A DNA stretch of 64,000 nt from Chrysomallon squamiferum (lineage: Eukaryota; Animalia; Mollusca): positions 16,802,001-16,866,000 of the forward strand of contig CM022673.1 in the NCBI GenBank assembly GCA_012295275.1, read 5' to 3'. Shown here piece by piece: positions 13,680 to 46,436 of this stretch. A model generated the notes under the pieces. The model worked only from the letters and a program-made list of their open reading frames with translations, was not told the DNA's origin and made no database searches. The first letter of the stretch is position 1; every line of letters starts with the position of its first letter. Both the position numbers and the translations under genes were made by a program.

Positions 13680-13811
13680 TGACATTTGAAACAGTCGATC
13701 GGTTTTGCTCCACACATCACCACGTAACGACTACAGAAAAACAGACGCCAGATTTAAAAAATAAAAATATAAAAAATTTCATTGTCATAGTTATTAATTA
13801 AAATTGAACAG

Positions 13812-13861
<50 letters not shown>

Positions 13862-14760
13862 GTAGTAGTAGTAGTAGTAATAGTAATAGTAATACTACTA
13901 ATAATCGAAGTATACAGAATTTAATTATTTAAAATATTTCTTCTTATCACGAAACAAATATTTTAAATACACAGAAAAACGTCTTAAAAAAATATCTGGT
14001 ACGTATCAAAACACACACAAAAACACAGTAACTTTATTCTCACTTTGGTTATCTTTCTGAATATTTGAAGAAAAAAAGAAGGTAAAACACGAATAATCAT
14101 TTGCAAATGGAAATCCATCATCACTGGCATAACATTTTTGGATTTAAAATTATTAATAATTTATCCTCTGGCAAATGAAATACTGCTGTCATATTTTTTT
14201 GTGCAGGAGTTCAGAAATTATTATATCTTGGTATTTTTATTCAAGTACAGTTTTATATTCTTAATGCTTTGAACTGAAAAGGAAATGGAAAACGAACTCT
14301 TTTGGTACTGATTATTTCCCTTAGATATTAAAAATAAGTTTGAGAGCTATGGGTTAATTTACGTGAAAGACTAAGAAAAAAAGGAATGATCTTAAGGTAA
14401 ATAAATTGTTATTATGATATAATCATATATCCAATCGCTTGGATTAGCCTTGATGCAATTGTTTAACCGTATCAGTGACAAAATGTTAGTTTATATTGAT
14501 AATTTCGCTAATTTTCTCATTCATCCGATTTTTTATTTTCTCGGTATTTTTTTTTTTCCACCAGAGTTGCGAAATTACCTGGCTAAATGTCAAAAAGCAA
14601 TGATGTTTTATTTATTGTAAAACTAATTAAATTTGTTCTCCAACTTAAGCAAACGACAGGTTAATAATGTTCGCTTATAGATTCCCACAGATATCACGCA
14701 GCAAAATTGTATTTATAAAGCAAAATAATATCTCTTATATCAATTTTTAATGATTACGGT
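13680..14760 (+). promoter_or_regulatory. CpG-retaining interval between MMADHC and NEK10, probable NEK10 promoter and first exon
   Basis: CpGs reappear here between two CpG-poor gene bodies. Candidate donor CAG|GTTAAT at about 14660; the exon carrying the NEK10 ATG opens with an acceptor at 15947. Confidence 0.35.
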
Positions 14761-15237
14761 AAATGTTGCAAAGTTGTAATTAAATCTATTTTTGATAAAA
14801 TAAATTTAATAAAAAAAATAAAATAATTTCAGCTACATTTAGCTGATATATAAGTAATTATAATATATAATTTATATGCTTTTTTTTGTTTTGTTTTTTA
14901 AATTTTTAAATTATTATTATTATCATCATCACCATCATTATTCAAAGTTAGTCTGATAAATATCACTATAATTGTAAGTAACTAACATTTGTTAATGTAT
15001 GATAAAGCTTTAGTTTCTAAATGAAAGTAGTTAATCTGGTTAAGCATATTTATTACACACAAATATTAAATGATTTGGAGTAAGTATCTAATGTTTATCT
15101 GAGATAATGTTTGATGATTCATTAAGAGAAAAGAAAGTATGGGAGGTTGTTTTTGATTGGTGCTAATATCAACTTCAAATATCATTAAGTTTTTAGATTG
15201 AAGAAAATGTTAGATTTATGATCAAATTTAAGAACTG

Positions 15238-15600
15238 AATGTTACCTAATACCTATATTCTAAAGCTAATTTGTATAAATTAAGTAGTTCTATTCAGTAA
15301 TGAATTACAGTTGTATTGCCAATGAAATATTAATTACAATATTACACTGATATCTTACAATACTGGGAGGAAAAAAGGAAATAATAAAACTTTTAAATTT
15401 AAAAACTAAATGTTATTCTAATGTTATTCTAACTAAAACTATATTCTAATGTTAATTTGTATAAATTGAGTAGTTCTGTTTAGTAATAAAATTATAAATA
15501 TAATTTTTACTGCCAGTGAAATATTAATTACAAAATTCACTGATACTTCACAAATGTGAAGAAAAAAAAAAAAAAATAGTAATGATACAATTTTTAATTT
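15238..15600. repeat. Degenerate two-copy direct duplication (period about 180-190 bp)
   Basis: CTATATTCTAA..TAATTTGTATAAATT.AGTAGTTCT and TGCCA.TGAAATATTAATTACAA each occur twice. Confidence 0.7.
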
Positions 15601-15814
15601 TGTACTAGATAGAAAATACCAGATAATAAATTTTAAAAATATAGAATTTTTTTTTTGGGGGGTTGGGTATCTGTATACATAAGATTTTGTATTATATCAT
15701 TTTTTAAATATATGATTTTTATTTTATCAATATCATACATATATATTCTGTAATATAAACAAAATTTATGTTTATCAATATCTGAATGATTGATTTAAAT
15801 TTCTAACAGTATCT

Positions 15815-15817
<3 letters not shown>

Positions 15818-15888
<71 letters not shown>

Positions 15889-15902
15889 CACACACACACA
15901 CA
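15818..15902. repeat. (CA)n microsatellite
   Basis: Direct inspection. Confidence 0.9.
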
Positions 15903-16075
15903 TAATTATTATACTCCTTTTAATTATTATTTTATTTTCTATTCTAGCTTTCCTTTGTATATTAAAATGTACCTGTGATAGAAACATGAAGAGAATGTAA
16001 ACCAGGTCAGCCAGAGGCCTTGTTTGCAGCCCTTATCTTTCCATCCGTCCACAACACCACTGATTTTATATTAGT

Positions 16076-34120
<18,045 letters not shown>

Positions 34121-35852
34121 CATACTGATTAATTTTACTTTGTTTTGTTTATTTACAAATTTACTTCTTTCTTTCCTTATTTCTTTATCTAGTGCTTGTT
34201 TATTTATCTATTTATCTATTAAAGACTGGAATGTAAACCAATTACTGGTTTTATAAAGAATTTAATATAATTTTCACATTTAATTATTATTATTATTTAT
34301 TATTATTATTATTATTATTATCATCATCATCAATATCAGTTTATTTGATTTTATCTTTTTTTTGCCAGTGTATTATTTTATTATAATTACATTATGCTAA
34401 ATATATATATTTAAGTTCCACTCAAATGAAAAAAAAAAACTCATTGCAGGAATATGTTTTAAGAAGTCCTGTAATGCAAATCAGATTATATTTTATAGTT
34501 TATGATAACTTATAGTAGAAAGAAAACAGTCTAAGCACATTATTTTTAAAAATCTGTTTTATGACGATTTTTAAAGTATACAGTTTTCACAGTTTTTATG
34601 ACTTTAAAAAACTGTAGTTAATTTTGTCCACACCAGAGAATGTGAATTTATGTTATATAGTGATTAACTTTGACATTTTATATAACTGTATTATGAATTT
34701 ATTTTTCCAACAATATTTCTGGTTTTTAAGATTGGTGTTTTACAAGACAATCAAAATAATAAATTATTTATTCAGACACTGAATAATAATAAAGTAACAG
34801 ATATTTTTTATGTAATTTATTCATTTTTTATTTATTTATTTATTCCTTCTTCTTCTTCTTCTTATTATTATTATTTATTTATTTGTTATTTTTATTTTAT
34901 AAAATGCTTTTATAATGGTGAAAAAGCATGTAATACAAAATGTTCAAAAATAAAATACATTCCTTTGCTTTTACTTGGTGACTCAGTCTTATAGGCATTT
35001 TCTTCATAGCTCATGCCTTAAGTTCTTTTATTTTGTTTTGCTTTAATAAATATTTTTGTTAAACTGCATCAGAAGAAACGGGTAGAAAAAGTGACATGTT
35101 TTCTGAGTCGTTCTATTTAGTTGTTATTTTTTTTATTTATTTTTTTAGAATGTATAGTGTGAATGTGAAAAGATTTTATTTTCACTTATTATAGAAAACC
35201 TATTTTCCTGGTTTTGTAGATTTTGCTGCAATAATACTGTATATAAATACTATTTAAATACCAAATGATTTGTAAAACATGTTAGTTTTTTAATTGTATT
35301 TTATTTTATAAGATCATATCTTTATTTTTATTTATTTATTATAATAATTATTATTATTTTTATTGTTCTTCTTATTTTTTTTATTTATTTATTTATTTAT
35401 TTATTTATTTCTTTTTTTAACTGTTTACCTGTTTTTAATTTTTTCAACAATTTGAATTAACAGGTGTTTTTTTGCATTTTTTGTTTAATTTTTTTTTTTT
35501 ATATATATTTGTATATTATTAATAGTTCTACTGCTTCTTAATCTTTCTGTGATACTATTTAAACCACAAAATGATTTAAATTTGAAATATATGTAAATGT
35601 ATTTAAGATATTTAATCAGTCAGTATTATTACAGATTATTAAATCTGTGTGGGAGTTTAACATTTTAATGTTTTCTTTTATATGGCATGTTTCTGGTAGG
35701 TGTGTAATTTGGGCAGGTCTCTATCTCCCCACAGTAACAGATATTTGTAGATCACTTCTGCAAAAAATATAATTTGCTAAAAAATATCCTACAGAGTATT
35801 ATCATTATTATTATCTTTATTAATTTTATTATTATTATTATTATTATTGTTG

Positions 35853-35917
<65 letters not shown>

Positions 35918-36191
35918 TTCAAAAATCAAATGTTTTCAGTAATTATGCATCCACCATGTTTCCAAAAGGATTCTTGTGTATGGACCTACAATGTTAGTAA
36001 TAATGTTTTCCTTTTATTTTTTTATTTTTTTTATTATTATTTTTTGTCCTAAGAATAATTAAATTATATAATGTTGATTAAAATACATTTTTTTCTTTCT
36101 CTGTTTTAAAGATAATTATATATTTAATTGGATTATACATTTTTTTGGTACAAATACAAAGGTTTCATTATATTTTTTTTTATTATTGTTA

Positions 36192-36245
<54 letters not shown>

Positions 36246-37948
36246 TTTCATTTCAACAGTAAGAGGATAGATATTATGAACAAAAAATGTAAAAAAAATA
36301 ACTATCACCACTTGTACAAAGTGTATTCCACAAAATGTCTGTGTGTGAGTTTGTCTGCTTCTTGTGTCATACATACTGTGAATGGAAATATTAATCCACA
36401 TTTATACCAAGTATATATTTAAGAAAAAAACAACAAAACAAATTTATATTTGTTTGTCTGATTGATATGTTGTAAATTGAAATACTAACCCACAATAAAT
36501 CCGTAACATGATTTCTGTCTGTATGTCTGTGTGTAAGTCTGTTACTTTTGCTGTGAAATGAAATAAATACCCAAACATATTCGCATGTTTTGATGGTTTT
36601 GTTATTAATGGACTACAAGAAGATTTGTTATGTATTTTCTAGGATTATAGCAGGGTATGTTCTTGTTTGGTTTTTGAAAATAAAACTGCTGTGAATTCAA
36701 GTGTGCAAATATTAATAATAACAATAATAACAACAACAACAGCAACAATAAAACAAATAAAAAACAGTTGTTGACAATGTAAATTATAATTTAAATAATT
36801 TTTTTTTTTTTTTTTTTTTACTTCTTTATATCATTTTACTTTCCATTTGCTGTTAAATGAATTTTAGGATATATTTAAACAAATGGTATTACAATTAATT
36901 TTTTTGAAATTGCTGCTAAGTTTTTATGTATTGATTGTACTTATTAATATCATGTATATAAATTATTTATGTCAAAAAAATATGTATGCTATTTATTATT
37001 AAAACAATGTTTCCACATTTACCTAAAATCACCTCATATTATACCAAAGATGTTGTCTTTGATATGCCGTCCATTTGTTTTTGTTTGTATTATTTAATTT
37101 GTTTTATTGGATGTAGTACTTTTCATTTTTTAATGGCTTCTCTCAGTTAACTTTTATTATTCTGTTATGGATTCTTAAGATTATTTCATTATTTTAAGAC
37201 TTAATAATTAATTATTGATTCTAAACTATATTTTGTTTTGATCTTTGACAATATCATTATTGATTTTTAAATTTCTGATTTTACTTCATCATTCAGTATC
37301 ATGATCCATCAGCATGGAACTAAAAGTAATAAAGGTTAAAAGTATATTAAAAGCAAAATAATAATAATAAAAATTTTACTTTATTTTTTAAATTTAATAA
37401 TAAAACGGAGACATAAAATAAAGAAATAACAACAAAATGTTTTTAAATAATAATAAAAGTAAAAATTTGATATTTATCAAAGTAGAATATCATGTAAGTA
37501 TGACAGTATAAAACATTAAAGAATTTTAAAAAATACTAGTTTTATCATAGTAGAAAATGTAAATTGTTTCACTCAGCCTAACTACTGAATGTAACTTAAA
37601 TAATTTCTCTTGTTTTTAACATGTAAGGAGTGCAACAGATGACAAAAATACATTTATTGAAGTTTATTTAGCATTTACAGAAGTTTATGAAAATTAAGTT
37701 TAAAATATTTTGTCATATACAAACCAGTTGTATACTGTTTTTGCAGATCAGTGTAAATCATTTATTATACTTGTCAAGTTGTGATAATGGAAGGTTGTTA
37801 AATAATGACTATATTATTTATTTTGGGTGTTTTCTTTTGTCAGTTCATTTTTTGCTACATGAAATCACACAGAATTGTAGTTTTAATTTACATAGGTGAT
37901 TCAACACTTTTTAAACTATTTATTTATTTGTTAATATCATCATTATTA

Positions 37949-37990
<42 letters not shown>

Positions 37991-39191
37991 GTTATTATTA
38001 TCATTATTATCATTATCATCATCATCAAGTATTTTTGGTTGTTTTACTTGCTTGCTAAGCTTGACCAGTGTGACAAACAAATAATTTCTACATGTTCTGT
38101 GTACAGAGCTGATTATCAGTTTAGATAACAGGGTGGTGCATTTCCAATGGCTCACATTGGTCACAGAACACCTGACCATCCAGGTATGTGTGTGTATTAA
38201 ACCTACATTCCTGTTTTATATTTAACATAATCCATCTTTATATGTCAGATGAGTTGATTTACACTCAGATGATGTTTTGTATTTATTTATTTCTGACTTT
38301 GTTTGCCGTCCTTACAGTTATATGACAGGGTCATTTCTATTCCACTTTGCTGAACTTTGCTGTACTTCCTGGTGTACTTCTGTATTTACCTGTTTGCTAT
38401 ACTTCAGTTTTATTTAAGTATTTATTGTTTTGTGTGTTTAATTTCTGTTACTCCACATTATGCAAGTGTTTTACACATGTATAAAAGTAACTTTTAAAAT
38501 AAATGTAAGAAAACACATTTGTGTTGAGTTTTAATTAATATAATTTGTATTACTATTATCATTATCATTTTGTTATTGTCATCATAATTATGATTATTAT
38601 CATTATTATTATTCTTTACCTTTCCTTTCTTCCTTTCTTTAAGTAAATGTAATAAGTTAATTGTTTGTATTATTTTCTTCATGTTAAACTCGTCAAAATA
38701 AAGAACTGAACACAGAGAGAGAAATGATAAGAATTTATTGCAGACGTTTCAAAAAGCCAAACAAGACTGAACATCAACTGTCATACCTACACAAATCGTA
38801 CGCTATTTAAAATATATTAAAACAATAAATCTAAAAAAACAATGATCCATACATGATGAAAAAGAATTTTAAAAAGTAAACAAATAATAAAATGTAAATA
38901 ATAATAAATACTCAATAAAATAGTTAATAAAAATAAAATAAACACCATTAATTCTGTAAAACATTTATTCTCAAAAGAAAAACAAATTAGTTGAAAGAAA
39001 ATGAGATAGAAGGGGAAAAAATATAAAATTTGTTTAAATAGATTTAATATTGAAGCTGACTGATAGAAGAACACTATATTGTCGTTTTCTGAATACATTT
39101 AGTGATGATGTGGCAAATATTAGAAACAAATTAGATTGCTGTATGTACATGCAGTTATCAGACATCAGATCCAGTTTTGATGTTATATGTA

Positions 39192-39243
<52 letters not shown>

Positions 39244-40684
39244 TAATTTATTTATCTCATTTAAATTTAGTTTTTCTGTTTTCTCATTACATTGATGACG
39301 AAAGATGATTTACGACTAACTTAGTAACTGTAACGACCAAATGTACTGACCGATGTTTCCAATGAAGTGAGGTATTTCTCTTAAAATGAGCACTGTTGGT
39401 CCAGGACTGACAATAATATCACATTATTGGATACGATACATTTATTTTCTATATTACGAATACTGCAGAATAAGTTTAAGAGATCGGTAGTTTCAGTTCG
39501 TATTTTATTTCGTGCTGTTTCCGTATGTAATAAGTATTCGTTCTTCTTTCGTATAATTTTCGACTGTCGAATTTATATGAACCGTTGTTAAAATAACTAT
39601 TATCGTAAACGGAGAAAAATCATTAACACCGTTTAAATCAGTCAACGAAGAAAGAAAGATGTAAGCTTGAGAAAATAAAACAAAAAGAAAAAGGAAATTT
39701 TTATTATTATTATTATTTTTTTTTTAATATTAATTTTTTTTTAAAATGTCTTTGTATGTGTGCGATTGCACGTGTTTATAAATCTATTAAAAATAAAATA
39801 CAAAGCTTTATACTAAACGTAAAAGAAAATTTATGAAGATAAATAATGTAATTTTTCCTCCGTTCCAGCACTTTTCGAAATATACGGATAAAGAGATAGC
39901 TGATAATAAAATAAATAAATAAATAATTTTTAAAAAACCCAATGTAAATAATTTAAAAAAAAACATTAACAAAAATGACTTAAATAAAAATTCTGACGTT
40001 AAGGAAATCTAAATCGAGGCACAACAAACAAAATCAACATATACAACAATAAGAACAACATCAACAAAAACAACAATACGTAATCTTGTTATAAACAGTC
40101 CCTTGTGTATAAAAAAATAAAAAATAAAAAAAAAATAAATAAAATGATAGCTGATGATGATGAAAATTAAAGGCGCCAGAACTAAAATACATCAAGTTGT
40201 TCTTGGTACGTGTGTACACATACATAAATATGCGAAAGTGTATTTTTTACTGTGGTACTGAAAGACCCAACGATTCTTTGAAAGGTATATTACCAAAGAC
40301 TTGCATATATATATTAGATACCGACTCCCTGGCTAATGGTGTTTTCAGTTACATTTTGGAGATGACGATCCCAGTTTTAAATATTTCATAACAAGGTATT
40401 ATCCTACATCAGAGAAAACATTTCAGTTTAAGACAGAGATGATACGATTTGCCATTTTGTTTGGGCTAGATATACTTTATTTTGTCAGACAAAGGAGAGA
40501 TGTATTTATAAACTGAGTGAGAAACTGCTAATGCACTGAACAGAGCACGAAAAACAGTAGAGAGAAATGTTAATTAAAGAGAAACTTGAAAAAGAATGTT
40601 CAAGACAAGAAGATTACGATAAAAAAAAATAATAATAACAATAATAAAATAAATAATAAAATTTAAAAATTAAAAAAAAAAAAA

Positions 40685-40715
<31 letters not shown>

Positions 40716-42505
40716 TAAATAATAAAATTTAAAAATTTAAAAAAAACACCCACAAATGCAACACCATAGTGAAGAATTTTACCTCATCCATAACTGAAAT
40801 TAGAAAACATTAAACCTGAGAAGTAAACATCCGCACAAGTATACATTCAAATCAATCTATCTTTCAAATTGAAAATAAATCATTTGTTAATCAACATGCA
40901 GTTAAAACATAAAAACTATAAAGAAACAACAACAACAACAACAACGAAATGAACAATTCTTTTTTTCTTCTTTCCAGCTATGAAAAAAAAAAAAAAAATC
41001 AATTATAAAAATTCAGTCCATGCAGCCGTTTGGAAGTCTGTGTCGGTTAGAGGGCTTTTCTTTTTAAAAACAACAAAATACAAGGCGATGAAAAGATAAT
41101 CCAGTGACATAAATTTTAAACAAAATATACAAAAGAAAAATGTTTCTGTATGATCGTTTGATGTATGAAAATGCCTTCAAGTTTAGGAATTTAGGAATAT
41201 GTGTATGTACGTGTCTAGGAAGAAGTAATTATTATTGTTTAAAAAACAAACGTCTCCTCTGTAATTCTTTCTTTAATTTTATTTGCTATCTTCAGATTTG
41301 TTAATGATGATACATTGGATTTTAGTCTGTTAACGAAAGAAATGTTTGTGAAAATGGAATCGAAGTGCCGAGATTAAATCTTATGTAATTATCTTTGTCT
41401 CTTTGAAATAAAAGGAAACGGTTAAATTGGATGCAGATGAAAAAGAAACAATCAAGTAAAAATATCCTCGAGGCTTTTTAAAATAGAACAATGAACTAAA
41501 AGACTCAAACTGTTCATGCTTTGAGTGTAAAATATCTAAAACGACAGACGCGTGAAATAATGAATCGTAACAAAGATCACAGTGGCAAAAAGATTTAAAA
41601 AGACCACATAAACATGATGTAAAAATAGCACAATTTGAATAGATTTTTAAAAAATCCCTCACATTTTCTTTACAACAAAACATCAGTTAAAAAACAACAA
41701 TTTCACAAAATAGTTTTTTAAAAAATATCAATCCCTTCATAAAAAAACACCTTACAGTTCAAAATAGAACAACATTCACAAACTTTTCTAACTTTTCACG
41801 AAACAAAAGTATTTTTGTAAAAAAACAAAACGAATGCCATAGTGATGTAATAGCGGTATTACACAGTTTTCTGTGTCATCACCTTTTTTTCACACTCCTT
41901 AGTTTCTCTTTGACATTTTTGTTAATTTTACAGAATCCGTGAAAATTGTCTCAAGTGAAATAGTATGACTCCAGAGTTCATAGGCACTGTATTCTTATGG
42001 CAATGTTGATCAATTATTCTAAAACAAACAATCAAAAAGATAATAATGATTAAAAAAAAAGAAGAAGAAAAAGAAAGAAATGATAATCAAAATTTATGTT
42101 AATTTTGATTGCCATCATTTTTTTTTTTATCTACATTTCTTTACGATATTCATTACTGCTTGAAAGATGCACATCAGAATAACGACGTCATCTTTCTTTT
42201 GTGATATCCTGAACTGCCTCTTTCAAGATGAAATATATTTAGTGAGAAATAAAATAAAATAGACAGAGACAGATATAATTATATTTGATAATCACAGGCT
42301 TTGTTATTATTTTTTATTTCATTTTGCGTAACAATAAATAAAGAAATAAAAACTTTGGTAAGAAAATATCTTTTAGCACGTTTTTTTTTTTATTAATTAT
42401 TTAATTATTATTATTATTTTTTTTTTTTTTTAAACTTTCTCCTTCACAGCTAGCACATTAATCTGGCCCAGAGTTGGCATCATCTGATGCACATGTGATC
42501 AATGT

Positions 42506-42597
<92 letters not shown>
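42506..42597. repeat. (CT)n microsatellite
   Basis: Direct inspection. Confidence 0.9.
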
Positions 42598-42599
<2 letters not shown>

Positions 42600-42835
42600 A
42601 AGTAAGGGTAAAACAATTTAAAGAAATTAACGCGTACCTCAACTGGGACTGTTTGCAACATGGCGCCTCCCTGCGTCCCGGGCTGATATGACATCTGAGT
42701 GTAGGGTCCTGATACATACTGAAAAATAATAATGTTCTTTTTATTGTATTATATATAAATATACATAGATGAAAAATGGCAGCCCCCAATCATTTTGACT
42801 TCCTAATTTTATTACTGTCTATTTTACCTATCATT

Positions 42836-42883
<48 letters not shown>

Positions 42884-43368
42884 TTTTTTAATAAATAATT
42901 TTTTATTATTAGTAGTATTTTTGTATTAACCATCTTCCGTGAATCGCCTTGGACTATTTTATTAATAATATTATCACAGGATGCTGTCAAGAACAAATAA
43001 AATAATGATATGAAATACAAAAAATATATTACGTACGTTATATAAATTCACCTTTACAATGAAACTTGAAAAAAGAAAGAGAGAGAAAAAAGAGGGCACC
43101 ATGTGACTGTGTAAAAGTGGAATATAACCGCAAGTAACAGTTTGGCATTTCCAGCTCTATCATTAAATCGTTTTAATTGTCCATTTTATTTTTATTGTTT
43201 GGCAATTAATCATGAATTAATTAAACATTTTTAGAATCCATCATTATAATGTCAAAACTAAACAGATCCATTTTGAAAATTTCCTAGCTACGCTTAGATT
43301 AAAATGTAAATAATTCTACACATACTCACATTGTTACATATACACACAAAATAAATTGTGAATGAAAT

Positions 43369-43414
<46 letters not shown>

Positions 43415-43980
43415 ACTATGGATTGGAAATAGAGAACAAGTCTTAGAAACAGATAGAAGTATAGTATCGAAATACAATTTTATTTATTTATTTATTTTCT
43501 TAGTTAGTTTAATATTTTATCGTAAAATCCCAAGGTCAACGTAAAAATATTTTGTTCGTGTTTTAATAGTGTTATTAATTACAAATTGTCTTTATTAATA
43601 CAAAATATAGTTTTATTTTTACTATATTAAAAAAGCCCTAGACCAGTTAAGGCCATGAACAGAACTACGAAACATTCTACAGTAACATAAATATATAACA
43701 AATTAATAACAAGAGCAAACTGGAACATGCATAGCTGAAGGAAATTTGCCATGGTAAAAACATGCATGCTATAGTTAATTTTATTCTTTTTTTATAGTTA
43801 AGAAAATATTCATAAATTTCTATGCTTTTAAAATTTAAAAGTTAAATGTATTAAAATAAAATTATATCAATATAATTATATAAATATAATTTATTTATTT
43901 TAAATAATTAAAAATAATTTTAATACTTTCAAAATAGTATAATTTATTATTTTTGCAGTTATTGTTATTACTACTACTAC

Positions 43981-44023
<43 letters not shown>

Positions 44024-44608
44024 GTGAGAAAAAAAAATATAATTTTTATTTATCGATGTTTACATAGCTACTCCCAGTGAATACGCATTTTAACACTTAC
44101 CTTAGTAAAATTGTCTCCCTTCGATTTGGTGTATATTTTTCTAAATGAACCAGCGTAAGGACGAACGTGTTTCAAGAGTGCTTCCATCTAGCTGATGTAT
44201 GTTAATATTTTTTATTCTTTATCATCGATGTATTAGCTCATTTTCCTTCCTTTTTTTGTTTTCTTATTAATTTGTTGGATTATTCGTTTTTCTTTTATTC
44301 CTTTTCTCTTTCAATTTAATATTAAATTTTGGTTTCATACCTCGACTTAGCGTTTTAATAATTTTTAATATCAAAGTCTTCATATGGAATACTAACAAGT
44401 ATCTATCTGGGCAGTATTTTAATATTTTAAAGGGTTACTGAACTATATTACAAAATTATTAAAAAATCTAATCCATAACATTATTAGTAGTAGTAGTATT
44501 AGTAATACATGAACTGGAGATTTTTTTTTTGTCCTCTTCCATTTATTTGATACAAAACTAAAATTCGAATGTTAGATCAATAATGGCGCGAATGTTTTTT
44601 TTAGATGA

Positions 44609-44620
44609 GATGACGTCATC
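44609..44620. promoter_or_regulatory. Extended CRE palindrome GATGACGTCATC in a CpG-rich patch
   Basis: 12-bp perfect palindrome, with TAATGGCGCG at 44581-44590. Confidence 0.35.
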
Positions 44621-45579
44621 ACATTATTATTCATTTTATATCGTAAACGTTTCGACAAAGCGTCTGCTGCATGGCATGACAAGAATTTTCTTGTTGCTTG
44701 TAAAGCAAGACGACTTTTGTTAATACTCTTTTTTTAACTCTCTCACTTTCTATTTCTATTTTTGTGTTTGTAAATTTAAAAATATTCTCTGTTTCAGTAA
44801 ATAAAATGAAGTTTTATGGCGATCAGAGAAAAGGAAACCAATCTTGATGCAAGAAAGCAAATCTGGAATTTTCCGTTTTTGTGTCAACAAAAATCTTAAA
44901 AGGTAAGTAATTTATAAATTTAATAAATTAATAGAAATGTTATTTATCCAATTCACAGATGTCTATATTAGAAATTACTGTATGGAATCAGAGACAAATT
45001 AAAAAAATTGGGATCCTGAGCAATAGGAGAGGCAGATCCTCATTAAACTGAATAATATCTTACATAACTTCAAAACAAAAAAAAGTTAAAGACAAATTAG
45101 ATTTATTTTGCAAGCAGCAATTAAACTTCAAACATTTGTCTGGTTTAATTTCTTGGAAACAATTTTTAAAAAATGTTTTTAATATATATATATATATATC
45201 ACATTTATCAAGAGTACTTATACTTTGATTCAGAATACGCAAATAAAATAAATTTTCACTTAACCTCTGGAGCCTAAAGCCAATGCCTTAATTCCACACT
45301 GTATAAAATGTTTATGTGTGAAGACATATTCATCTGAACTACAAATACAAATTAAAATATCCTTTCGTAACTATATTTTTTCACTTGAACAGAATAAACT
45401 GCCTATAATTAGATAAATAAACACTTATTTAGATTTTAAAGTATTATGTGATGTTGATAAATCAGAGGTGTAGAAGTAAATCTTATCAACAGTTATAGTA
45501 AAAATTCAAAATAAACATTTAAATAATGAGTATTTATGCTTTTAAATTGTTAAATGACTATACTATATTTATTTTACTT

Positions 45580-46400
45580 ATTTATTTACACTTAATAGTT
45601 ATGATAAACATAAAACATCAGAGGTTTTGAAATAATACTTCATAATTTTGTACTCATCTGTTAGTTACTTAGTAAATCTGATATCAGTTTATTTACATTA
45701 ATTTTTAAACATTAATTTAAAATTAGTAGACTGATCAACATTGAAAATGGAGACATGCAAAATTCTGAAAAAGAAAGATATAGTAATTATCAAAAACAAA
45801 CAACACACATACAAGTCCAAACTTTGAGTTTTGTTTTATGCAAACACAGTGAAGAAAACTTCTAATTAGTTGTAGAATTTACAAAAGGAAAAGACAAACT
45901 AGTGATAATTCTAAATCATTTATTCAGCCAAATACATGCCACTTCACAGAGCAGAAGATGTAAAATAAAGAACATGCAGTTATTTCACAAGCCTGGTATC
46001 TCCACTGCTATTAAACAGCTTGTGCATGTCAGAGGAAAAACATAAAATCAGGCTAGATATACATCTTTGTCCATAAGAAAAATCATGATTTATAAAAAAG
46101 AAAGAAAAATAAGAAAGAAAATAGATACAGAAATGAAATCAAACTTAACAGTCATGGAAAACAGCTAATTAGTAATCATAAAATTAAAATTAAAAAAAAA
46201 ATGATTTGTTCCCAATACCAGATTATTATATATTAAAAAACATTCATTGCTTTATTTGTTTTGCGATTTGCTTTCCTTGTAAACCATTTATCCCTTCATT
46301 TTCTGATTCTAAGCTAGCAGTTCTTGGTTAAATATGACCCACCACCAAATGAAGCAATTTTGTTATCACTACGAAACTACTTAAACTAAGCCTAGTTCAG

Positions 46401-46436
<36 letters not shown>

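Noticed and set aside
35774-39295. Poly-Ile, poly-Leu and poly-Asn ORFs resembling membrane proteins
   Set aside because: They arise from (ATT)n tracts, with no splice or homology support.
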